A stretch of DNA of 64,000 nt from the NCBI GenBank assembly GCA_913051775.1, contig CAJXCL010000006.1, positions 7,447-71,446 on the forward strand. Direction: 5' to 3'. The notes under the pieces are model-generated. The model made no database searches. It was not told where the DNA came from and worked only from the letters and a program-made list of their open reading frames with translations. The translations under genes and the position numbers were made by a program. How positions within the stretch are numbered: position 1 is the first letter of the stretch; each line of letters begins with the position of its first letter. The DNA is from an uncultured Nitrospirota bacterium (GTDB lineage Bacteria; Nitrospinota; Nitrospinia; CAJXCL01). Shown piece after piece: positions 30,946 to 39,878 of this stretch.

Positions 30946-32166
30946 ATGAAAGAATTCTCAAAGACAATCGAGCTTAGAGGGCACATTATTGATTCCCTCA
31001 TCCTGCCAAAAGTCTATGACGAAATTATAGACAGGGGAGGCAACTATTCTTCAGATGAAATCATAATAGGGAAAACAAAAAAAAATATTAGTTACGCAAG
31101 GTTAAAGGTTACCGCACCTGACCAGAAGCTGCTTGAAAATATTTTGGACAGACTTCATGAGCTGGGAGCAATCATTAAGGAAGAAGAAGATGTGGTTTTA
31201 AGAGTTGCAAAAAAAGACGGTGTATTTCCTGAAGGTTTTTACTCGACTACCAACCTGGATACTTATATAAATCATAAAAATAAGTGGATAAAGGTTAAAA
31301 ATATTTCAATGGATTGTGGAATTCGAGTTGATAACAAACATATAAAAGCTGAATCCTTAAAAATGATAGATGTAAAAAAAGGGGATAAGTTTGTTGTCGG
31401 GATAAAAGGAGTACGACTTAATTTGCCGGAGCAGCCCAAAAAAAAGGGTGTGTTTGAGTTTATGAGCAGCGGGATTTCCTCTGAGAAGCCGAAGGGAGTC
31501 ATTATTAAACGCATTGCCGAAGAGATAACTGAACTCAAAAAAGATAAAAGCGCTAAAGTGCTTTTTGTCTGCGGTCCGGCTATTATCCACACGGGTTCCA
31601 GAAAATACTTAATCAATTTGATAAACAAGGGGTATCTGGATATCCTTTTTGCGGGGAACGCATTAGCGGTTCACGATATAGAGGCGTCACTTTACGGAAC
31701 CTCCCTTGGGGTTTCACTTGAAAAAGGGGTTGTCACACCGGGCGGACACAGGCATCACTTGCGGGCTATAAATACTATCAGAGAAGCAGGGGGAATAAAA
31801 AAATCGATTAAAAAAGGTATTTTGAAGAGCGGAATAATGTATTCCTGCGTGAAAAATAAATGTGACTTCCTGCTTGCCGGTTCTATTCGCGATGATGGTC
31901 CGCTTCCAGAGGTTATTACAGATATAATATCCGCACAGAAAGAGATGAAAAGAAAACTTAAAGGAGTAAAATTGGTCGTCATGGTATCTACGATGCTTCA
32001 TTCCATTGCTGTCGGCAATTTACTGTCAGCAAATGTAAGAACTATATGTGTGGATATTGATCCAGCAGTCGTAACAAAGCTAACTGACAGAGGAACTATC
32101 CAGGCAACAGGAATAATCATTGATGTGGAAACTTTTTTAAGAGAACTCTGTGACAATATGCCATAA
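30946..32166 (+). CDS. TIGR00300 family LOR/SDH-like protein (ornithine cyclodeaminase-like; C-terminal half of ArgZ/AgrE)
   Basis: LRGHIIDS, FYSTTN, GNALAVHDIE, LAGSIRDDGPLP, MLHSIAVGN, KLTDRG. Confidence 0.88.
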   Translation: MKEFSKTIELRGHIIDSLILPKVYDEIIDRGGNYSSDEIIIGKTKKNISYARLKVTAPDQKLLENILDRLHELGAIIKEEEDVVLRVAKKDGVFPEGFYSTTNLDTYINHKNKWIKVKNISMDCGIRVDNKHIKAESLKMIDVKKGDKFVVGIKGVRLNLPEQPKKKGVFEFMSSGISSEKPKGVIIKRIAEEITELKKDKSAKVLFVCGPAIIHTGSRKYLINLINKGYLDILFAGNALAVHDIEASLYGTSLGVSLEKGVVTPGGHRHHLRAINTIREAGGIKKSIKKGILKSGIMYSCVKNKCDFLLAGSIRDDGPLPEVITDIISAQKEMKRKLKGVKLVVMVSTMLHSIAVGNLLSANVRTICVDIDPAVVTKLTDRGTIQATGIIIDVETFLRELCDNMP

Positions 32167-32200
32167 AGATTTTTTCACCGCAGGGTGGCAGGGCCATAAC

Positions 32201-32257
32201 CACAATTAGGCATGGAAAAACGCCCGTAGGGTTGAGGCACTGGATGGCCGAAATCAA
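32201..32257 (+). repeat. Dispersed structured repeat, copy B
   Basis: cacaattaggcatgg..cgcccgtagggttgaggcactggatggccgaaatcaa. Confidence 0.65.
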
Positions 32258-32363
32258 AAAGGTTGCTGCCTAATTGCCTAACAAAAACTTTGCTAATAAA
32301 TCAAAATTTTTTTGTAGATTTGGCGTGCAGAGATAGCGGAGTTCTTTAAACACTGTTTGCGAC

Positions 32364-32418
32364 CTCCTTTAATCCCCTCCTTAGCAAGGAGGGGATTAAA
32401 GGGAAATGCAGGGGTGGT
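32364..32418. repeat. C/G-run palindromic REP-like repeat
   Basis: cctttaatcccctccttagcaaggaggggattaaaggg perfect hairpin; related motifs at ~14880, ~38310, ~53423. Confidence 0.6.
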
Positions 32419-32485
32419 CAAAAACAATACTTATCTTGTTTATTCTGTAATCCTGTCTAATAATAATTTAAAGAGGTGATTCCTT

Positions 32486-33277
32486 ATTGCTAAACTATTA
32501 ATGTGTCCTCCTACGTACTATACGGTTAATTATGAAATCAATCCCTGGATGAATGTCCGGGTCAAACCGGATAAACAGAAGGCTTCGGCACAATGGAAAA
32601 ATTATTATAAACTTTTAACAAAACTAAAATTCAAAGTTCACAAAATTAAACCCCGCCCCGGTCTTCCTGATATGGTCTTCACTGCCAATGCCGGATTTCT
32701 ATTTAAAAAGAAATTTATTGCCAGTAACTTTCGATATCCCCAGAGACAGGGAGAAGTAAAATATTTTTCTCAATGGTTTAAGAGAAAAGGATATGAAGTC
32801 ATCACTCTTCCTCAAAACTATTTATTTGAAGGTGAGGGGGATGCATTAGTTATTGGGGATACGCTTGTGGCTGGTTTCAGATTCAGGTCTGATATCCACT
32901 CACACAGGTATATTGGCGATGCCATAGATAAACGGGTCATATCTTTGGAACTTGTAAGTTCGAATTTTTACCACCTTGATACCTGTTTCTGCCCATTAGA
33001 CCACAAAACAGCCTTGTATTTTCCTGCGGCATTTGATAAGTACGGGAAAAAGGTTTTAAACCACCTTATTCCAAACCTGATAAAAATCAATAATAAAGAC
33101 GCGATGAATTTTTGCTGTAATGCGTTAGTCAGCGGAAAAAAAGTAGTGATGAACAACTGCACAGCCAAACTAAAAGGTCGTTTAGAGGGTCTAGGATTTA
33201 AAGTCTTTTGCCTGGACTTCAGTGAGTTTATAAAAGCCGGTGGCAGCAGCAAATGCCTTGCACTTTACCTTCACTGA
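32486..33277 (+). CDS. Amidinotransferase-fold arginine dihydrolase-like protein (N-terminal half of ArgZ/AgrE)
   Basis: LMCPP..VNYEINPWM, DMVFTANAG, FEGEGD, YHLDTCF, GGSSKC; start is ATT at 32486 or ATG at 32501. Confidence 0.88.
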   Translation: MAKLLMCPPTYYTVNYEINPWMNVRVKPDKQKASAQWKNYYKLLTKLKFKVHKIKPRPGLPDMVFTANAGFLFKKKFIASNFRYPQRQGEVKYFSQWFKRKGYEVITLPQNYLFEGEGDALVIGDTLVAGFRFRSDIHSHRYIGDAIDKRVISLELVSSNFYHLDTCFCPLDHKTALYFPAAFDKYGKKVLNHLIPNLIKINNKDAMNFCCNALVSGKKVVMNNCTAKLKGRLEGLGFKVFCLDFSEFIKAGGSSKCLALYLH

Positions 33278-33329
33278 GCACATTTTATCAGAATGTGATA
33301 GAGGAACTAAAAGGAACAAATTTTTTTGA

Positions 33330-33350
33330 TTCGACAGGCTCACCATGACA
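33330..33350. repeat. REP-like repeat arm (same family as 5346)
   Basis: ttcgacaggctcaccatgaca. Confidence 0.5.
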
Positions 33351-33668
33351 GTTATTCGGTAGGTAACCCTCCCCTAACTCCTGTCGGCGGAGTTTTATTT
33401 AGTGGTTTCCTGCCCTTCCCCAGGAATTTTTGGTAATTCGAAGTGTGTAGATGTGGTTAGCTCGTCTTGACATGATACCTCCGTGGGCATGACCGACATC
33501 TGCCTTATCATAAATAAAATTGAAAATTTAGTTCGCCTCACCCTGACTGAAAACTACTTCAAATGTGTCATAAGTTACTCTTGACGGTTGCTAATTTTTT
33601 GCTTTATCTTGGTGCATGGTGTAAATTTCAAGACGTTTAACAATTGCAATAGTGGCCGGATCCTCTTT

Positions 33669-34346
33669 ATGCGAATATTATTAGTAGAAGACGATAAAAA
33701 AATTGCTTCTTTTGTTTCTAAAGGATTTAAAGCAGCAGGTTTTGCTGTAGATCATGTTAAAGATGGAGAAGAAGGGCTTGACCTGGCGTCAACTGAACCT
33801 TATGATGCCGCAATTGTTGATATTATGCTTCCAAAACTGGATGGTCTTACTCTTATAAAATTATTACGCAAAGATAAGATCAATACTCCGGTCATAATCC
33901 TGAGCGCTAAAGGATCAGTTGATGATAGAATAACAGGTTTAAATACCGGTAGCGATGATTATTTAACCAAACCATTTTCTTTTTCCGAGCTACTTGCCAG
34001 AGTTCAGGCATTGATTAGAAGAGCAAGTGGAGTCACGGAACCAAGCACTCTTAAAGTAGAGGATGTTGTGCTGAACCTTATTACTCGCGAAATTACCAGG
34101 GGAAACAAGAAAATAGAGTTGCAGCCCCTGGAATTCTCTCTTCTTGAGTATCTTATGCGCAATGCGGGAAGAGTTGTCTCAAAAACTATGATAATGGAAC
34201 ATGTATGGGATTACCATTTTGATCCTCAGACCAATGTGGTTGAGTCAAGAATCTATAACTTGAGGGAGAAAATAGACAAAGATTTTCCTGAAAAACTAAT
34301 CCATACTATACGGGGAGTGGGGTATGTCATTAAGGGATCTGATTGA
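33669..34346 (+). CDS. OmpR-family response regulator (CusR/CzcR-like)
   Basis: MRILLVEDD, DIMLPKLDG, DDYLTKPF, IHTIRGVGY; ATG 33669 preferred over upstream TTG. Confidence 0.93.
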   Translation: MRILLVEDDKKIASFVSKGFKAAGFAVDHVKDGEEGLDLASTEPYDAAIVDIMLPKLDGLTLIKLLRKDKINTPVIILSAKGSVDDRITGLNTGSDDYLTKPFSFSELLARVQALIRRASGVTEPSTLKVEDVVLNLITREITRGNKKIELQPLEFSLLEYLMRNAGRVVSKTMIMEHVWDYHFDPQTNVVESRIYNLREKIDKDFPEKLIHTIRGVGYVIKGSD

Positions 34347-35760
34347 ATTTCGACATACCCTGGTTTTCCGTTTAACCATGTGGTATACAGCTATCTTCGC
34401 AATTTCCACCTCCGTGGTATTTATATTTTTCTATTTTCTTCTAACAGCCATAATTAAAGACAAAATAGATCAGGATCTTCATGGAAAGGTAAATAGATTT
34501 TCTAGGGTTTTCTCCAATCAAGGGGTTAATACTGTAATTCGGAATGCAATAATTGAAACCCAGGCTGCCGGAGAGGAAAAAATATTTTTTAGGCTTATTG
34601 ACCTGTCAGGGCAGGTGTTTTCCTCTTCCAATATCTCTTATTGGGAAGACATAAAAGTTGACGAAAATGTTATATATAATCTTCTCAGAGGTTCAGATTA
34701 TGTCTTTCAAACAATATCAGCGACTAACCGCAAGCATAAAGTTCGAGTTCTATACAGCTATATTGATCCGGGAATAGTTATGCAACTGGGACATTCGATG
34801 GAAAACTCTACAAGGATATTTGAAGTATTCAGAAAGACATTTTTTGTAACCATGTCTGCTATTATTATTTTTGCCGCGCTTATTGGTAGTTTTTTAGCTA
34901 AAAGAGCACTATCCGGTGTTTGGAAAGTTACCCGGACAGCACAGCATATTTCAGAGGGTTCTATTGATGAACGGGTTCCAGTAACAGAAAGAGGAGATGA
35001 GCTTGATCAACTTGCAACAACATTTAATCAAATGCTGGATCGTATTCAAAAGCTGATAATCACGACAAAAGAAATGAGTGACAATATTGCTCATGATTTA
35101 CGGAGTCCTGTTACCAGGATAAGAGGAGAGGCTGAAATTGCTATAACTACAAGCACGTCAATTGACGAATATCAAAATATGGCATCCGGAACTGTTGAAG
35201 AATGTGACCGTCTTCTCGATATGATCAATACTATGCTTATGATTTCAAAGACTGAAAGCGGGGTGCAGGAAATAAATAAGTCGAATATAGATATTGTAAA
35301 AACTTTAAAGAGCGCCTGCGATCTCTTTCAGCCAATGGCGAAAAATAAGGGCTTGAAGTTGATATGTAATAATTCTGATAATATTATGCTAAACGGAGAT
35401 ACTCGAAAGATACAGCGCATGATAGCCAATCTTTTGGATAATGCTATAAAATATTCTACTTCAGAAGGAAACATATACTTATCAGCTTTTTTGGATAATG
35501 AAAAATCAGTTGTTATTTCTGTTAAAGACACGGGGATTGGAATTGAGGATAAGGATATACCGCATATTTTTAATCGGTTTTATAGATGTGATCCCAGCAG
35601 GCCCCAGGGCGGTGCGGGCTTGGGATTAAGCCTTGCAAAAGCAATTGTAGAGGCCCACGATGGAAAAATCACCGTTAAAAGCGTCAAAAACGCAGGCAGT
35701 ACTTTTATTGTTACCATTCCTAATGAAGGCTCTTCTAATGCTTCAGCAAGCTTCGCATGA
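34324..35760 (+). CDS. Sensor histidine kinase (HAMP, HisKA, HATPase)
   Basis: Two TMs, IAHDLRSP, NLLDNAIKY, DTGIGI, GAGLGLSL. Confidence 0.93.
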   Translation: MSLRDLIEFRHTLVFRLTMWYTAIFAISTSVVFIFFYFLLTAIIKDKIDQDLHGKVNRFSRVFSNQGVNTVIRNAIIETQAAGEEKIFFRLIDLSGQVFSSSNISYWEDIKVDENVIYNLLRGSDYVFQTISATNRKHKVRVLYSYIDPGIVMQLGHSMENSTRIFEVFRKTFFVTMSAIIIFAALIGSFLAKRALSGVWKVTRTAQHISEGSIDERVPVTERGDELDQLATTFNQMLDRIQKLIITTKEMSDNIAHDLRSPVTRIRGEAEIAITTSTSIDEYQNMASGTVEECDRLLDMINTMLMISKTESGVQEINKSNIDIVKTLKSACDLFQPMAKNKGLKLICNNSDNIMLNGDTRKIQRMIANLLDNAIKYSTSEGNIYLSAFLDNEKSVVISVKDTGIGIEDKDIPHIFNRFYRCDPSRPQGGAGLGLSLAKAIVEAHDGKITVKSVKNAGSTFIVTIPNEGSSNASASFA

Positions 35761-36350
35761 CATGTTGCTGAAAGTATTTAGCGAACGCAGTTGCAGTCTC
35801 GTCTTTTTTACCAAAAAATCCAAAATAAATTCGAAGCTCAAATATGCTAATACCTAAAACTTTTTTCTCACCGCAGAGACGCTGAGATTAAAACATTTTA
35901 TTTTTTCATGAGAGAAGCTTGAAAAAATAAAAGATAAATAATTTTTCCTCTGTGCTTTTAATCTATGCGGTTAATTTTCCCCATCCTTATCAACACAATT
36001 AAAGTTCCACTTGCGAAATAAAGCAGAAAAATAGACCAAAAAGGGCCTTAACTGAAAATAACATTTTGATCATTTTCAGACCATACTCTCGTTAACTGCC
36101 CGTCTTATAATATTCATATAATAAATTAACTCGCGAAGTTCACTTAATTACAAATGCTTTATTTTTTTTTAAACTAAACATCAACTAATGATAGCGAACC
36201 TTCGGCTTGTTATTTTATTAAATAAAAACAAAAGGAGGTGAAATGCACTATGACTAAAACAATTTCTAACAATAAAAGATCACGCTGAATTCAGAACACA
36301 GAATAAAAAAACGTTTAACTTTACTTTAATAACAACAGGAGGTATCAAAA

Positions 36351-37775
36351 ATGAAACAATTAAAGAAATGGGAAAAATTCAGTTTTCTATTTTTAATAGC
36401 GGTATTTGTAATAACGATGGGAAATCGGTTAAGTACTGCATCCGTAAATCCTGACTCCCATATGATTCCTGGTAATTTTAGCGGCATTGCCTTAAAAGCC
36501 CGACCCGGAGTAGTAAACATTAGAACAGTAAAAAAAATAAAGACTGCCGGACATGAGTTTCGTAATATTCCTGGTAACCCTTTTGGCGGTAGAGGTTTCT
36601 CCGGACCTTTCTCAAAGGGTATGCCTTCTTTTGACCACAAACAGCAGGGACTGGGGTCCGGTTTTTTAATAGATGTGGGAGGATATATTGTTACTAATAA
36701 TCATGTTATAGATAATGCAGTTCAAATAAAAGTCAAACTGGCAAACGAAAAAGAGTTCGACGCTGAAATTGTGGGAAGAGACCCCAATACGGACCTGGCA
36801 TTAATAAAAATCCCGGGTGGTAACGACCTAGTTCCCCTGCCAATGGGAAATTCCGATAAATTACAGGTTGGAAAGTGGGTTGTGGCAATAGGAAGTCCAT
36901 TCGGACTGGAGCAGACCGTAACTGCGGGAATAGTTAGCGCCAAAGGGCGTGTTCTTGGTTCCGGACCTTACGATGACTATATTCAGACAGACGCTTCCAT
37001 AAATCCAGGAAATAGTGGAGGGCCTCTTCTTGATATGGATGGAAAAGTTGTTGGTATAAACACCGCAATATTGAGAAATGGACAGGGTGTTGGTTTTGCC
37101 ATACCGGTAAATCTTGCTGAAGAGGTTATTACTCAATTAAAAAAAGATGGGAAAGTGACCCGCGGTTGGCTTGGGGTAGGCATTCAGGATATTACCCCGG
37201 AATTAGCAGAGTATTATGGACTTAAAGAAAAAAAAGGAGTTCTTGTCACAGATGTTTATAAAGCGGACCCGGCAGATAAAGGAGGAATTAAAATCAATGA
37301 TGTAATCACAGCAGTGGATGGAAAGAAAATAAAATCTACCCGGGACCTTTCTCGAACGATTGCAAACTCCCGAGTGGAAAAAACAGTAAACATTACCATT
37401 TTTAGAGATAATAATGAAAAAACCTTTTCTGTTAAATTGGGGGAAAGAGCAAAGTCAGCCAGACATAATCCTCGACAAAAAGGAAGCTTGGAAGAATTTG
37501 GATTTCATGTTGTAGAATTAACATGGGAATTAGCGAAGCAGTATGGTTATAAGGAAAATGAAAAAGGGTTGTTGGTTGTCTCAGTTAAGCCGAAATCTAG
37601 GGGCTACTATGCAGGTCTTCAGCAGGGTGATCTTTTGGTTGAAATAAATCGAGTTCCTTTAGAATCCTTGAGGGATTATGAGGAAAAAGTTAATAAAACC
37701 AAGGATGGAAACTTAATTACTCTACTGCTGAAAAGAGGCAATAGCCGTATTGTTGTTGCAAAGCTTACAAAATAG
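36351..37775 (+). CDS. DegP/HtrA (Do) serine protease with two PDZ domains
   Basis: TNNHVI, DLAL, INPGNSGGPL, RGWLGV. Confidence 0.94.
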   Translation: MKQLKKWEKFSFLFLIAVFVITMGNRLSTASVNPDSHMIPGNFSGIALKARPGVVNIRTVKKIKTAGHEFRNIPGNPFGGRGFSGPFSKGMPSFDHKQQGLGSGFLIDVGGYIVTNNHVIDNAVQIKVKLANEKEFDAEIVGRDPNTDLALIKIPGGNDLVPLPMGNSDKLQVGKWVVAIGSPFGLEQTVTAGIVSAKGRVLGSGPYDDYIQTDASINPGNSGGPLLDMDGKVVGINTAILRNGQGVGFAIPVNLAEEVITQLKKDGKVTRGWLGVGIQDITPELAEYYGLKEKKGVLVTDVYKADPADKGGIKINDVITAVDGKKIKSTRDLSRTIANSRVEKTVNITIFRDNNEKTFSVKLGERAKSARHNPRQKGSLEEFGFHVVELTWELAKQYGYKENEKGLLVVSVKPKSRGYYAGLQQGDLLVEINRVPLESLRDYEEKVNKTKDGNLITLLLKRGNSRIVVAKLTK

Positions 37776-37781
37776 ATTTAT

Positions 37782-38053
37782 TTAAGGGCACTTCCAAAAA
37801 CTCAATTCACCTATTTTATCAGGGTGTCCGAAAATATGTTTCTCGGGTTGTAGTCCCGCTTTTAAACGGCCTAGCGTTGCGTAAGGCGCTAAAAAACAAG
37901 AACTAAACAGCGCCTAAAAAGTCTTAAAGTGGGCCGTCTAAAGATCAACCCTTTGGGATACTACGAGCTTTTAAATCGTTGCCCATTGTTTTCGGATAGC
38001 CTGATCAAGGGGGTTGTTACCAGAGAAAAATTAGTTTTTGGAAGTGCCCTTAA
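37782..38053. mobile_element. Non-autonomous MITE (264 bp) with TTAA target duplication and nested inner inverted repeats
   Basis: TTAA|GGGCACTTCCAAAAACT ... AGTTTTTGGAAGTGCCC|TTAA perfect 17-bp TIR; no ORF inside. Confidence 0.8.
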
Positions 38054-38079
38054 TATTGATTAACTTGTGGTAGAAATTC

Positions 38080-38118
38080 GGGTTCCCGGGTAAAAATCTG
38101 GGGACCCAATATTTTTTT
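38080..38118 (+). terminator. Probable intrinsic terminator downstream of degP/MITE
   Basis: gggttcccggg-taaaaa-tctggggaccc hairpin followed by aatattttttt. Confidence 0.5.
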
Positions 38119-38514
38119 GCAACAGCCCGACATTGCGATTAGTTAACTATTAATTGAAAACTGTTAATTAGTTTCTGAGCCCTGACCTCTGGCAACTGAC
38201 AACTGCTTTAGAAGTATACGAAGATAGTTTGTCAATAGGTAAGGTCTGACCCAAATTCAGTGTGAAAAAAAAGTATTTTGCGACGAGGAAAAGTGTGTCC
38301 TTTGTAAACCTCCTTCTAATCTGTGTCCCTTTTACCTTTATAAGGGGGAATTTTTTGGAAATGAGCCTCTACCTAACTCCTTTCTCCAGCTCTCTGCGAC
38401 CTTGCACCCGCAGGGAGTGCCCTTGGGGTACGGTCAATTAGCCAGTTGACAAGGATCGGCACTGTCAGTTTTTTACTATAGTTTTTTCTCAACCATAAGG
38501 GTAGAATTTATAAG

Positions 38515-39870
38515 ATGAGTGTTGAAGTAAAAATCATTCCAGGAGAATTACCGATCTTCTGGAATAGGAGCGCTGTTTTTTTTGTGAACTTGCACGCACT
38601 TTTTTTTGGCAATGATGACCTGACAAAGGTTATGGAGAGAGAAATATGCGGTATGACAACTTATGGTGGTCGTGTAGTTTCTATCCTCAACTTGATATTC
38701 CGCAATAAAAAAAACCTTGTTATCCTGGAAGCGCCTCCTGACGAAGCATTACTGGAATATGTTTCAAATAAACTTGGTATTTCAATTCCAGATATAGAAG
38801 TATTATCTTTTAAAAGTTACGGATCCTTAAAGGAACTGATTACGAATAATGAAGTTGAACCGGTTATTAAAAAGATACGTAGACATTCCGCGGAATGGGT
38901 TGACGGCTTTGTGACGGATGAAACCCTTACAGCTATAGCGGACAGCACAGGTAAATCAACGATAAGTAGTTTTGAAGGGAGTAAAAAGGGAAACAACAAA
39001 CTCCTTTTGCATAACCATCTTGAAGAAAAAGGCCTGCCCGTGTTCGATACTTTTCTCGCGTCCTCAGCAGGGGAAGTTATTTCATGTTTCGATAAACTTT
39101 ACAAGACTGGCTACCACGAAGCAGTCATAAAATCGCAAATCGGTGCGTCCGGATGCGGACTGGAAAAACACTATACAGCCTGTAATACGAACAGTGAGTT
39201 ACCGGATTATTTCTTTTTCGAAGGACCCTGCCTGGTGCAAGGATGGCTCGATGAAAAGGTTAAAGCAGTAAAACATATAGGCTCTCCAAGTGTTCAGATG
39301 TTTTTGAGCGATACAGAGCTTTCTTTATTTGATATAACTGAACAGTTTCTAAGTGATAGACATGTTCATGAAGGGAATATTTCACCTCCTCCTTATTTTA
39401 AAAGATATCCACAAATTAAAGAGGAAATGTTATCCCAGGCTCAGGTAGCAGGACGCTGGTTGCATGAGCAGGGTTACCGGGGGACAGGGGGTGTGGATTT
39501 TCTAACTGTTAAAAGGAATGGAAAAGTCGAAGTGATTGTTAATGAAATAAACGCGAGAGTTACAGGCGCTACTTACCCCTCTGTTTTGGCACGCTATTTT
39601 CTTCCCCACAAAGCATGGGTTATGAGGAATTTAAAGTTTGAAGGCGCTTTGCAGGGTTATCAATTATTAGCTAAACTTGATCGCAACGGTCTGTTGTTTA
39701 AAAAGGATATGGAAAGAGGAATATTGCCTTTTAACTTTAACCTAAATGAGTCAGGGAATGTAAGCAAAGGGCAGTTTCTCTTTTTAGCTCCTGATACGGA
39801 AGAGTGTAAAAAATTATTAGAGAGTATACAAAATGTTTTCCCATCAATATGCAAATTTGATAGAGATTAG
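38515..39870 (+). CDS. Uncharacterised ATP-grasp fold ligase (PGM1/pre-ATP-grasp-like)
   Basis: NNKLLLH, VIKSQIGASGCG, SPSVQ, HEGN, GYRGTGGVDF, NEINARVTGATYP. Confidence 0.7.
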   Translation: MSVEVKIIPGELPIFWNRSAVFFVNLHALFFGNDDLTKVMEREICGMTTYGGRVVSILNLIFRNKKNLVILEAPPDEALLEYVSNKLGISIPDIEVLSFKSYGSLKELITNNEVEPVIKKIRRHSAEWVDGFVTDETLTAIADSTGKSTISSFEGSKKGNNKLLLHNHLEEKGLPVFDTFLASSAGEVISCFDKLYKTGYHEAVIKSQIGASGCGLEKHYTACNTNSELPDYFFFEGPCLVQGWLDEKVKAVKHIGSPSVQMFLSDTELSLFDITEQFLSDRHVHEGNISPPPYFKRYPQIKEEMLSQAQVAGRWLHEQGYRGTGGVDFLTVKRNGKVEVIVNEINARVTGATYPSVLARYFLPHKAWVMRNLKFEGALQGYQLLAKLDRNGLLFKKDMERGILPFNFNLNESGNVSKGQFLFLAPDTEECKKLLESIQNVFPSICKFDRD

Positions 39871-39878
39871 GAGAAAAA

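Noticed and set aside
33588-33668. N-terminal extension of the response regulator
   Set aside because: The receiver domain begins at MRILLVEDD (33669); the extension overlaps a plausible promoter
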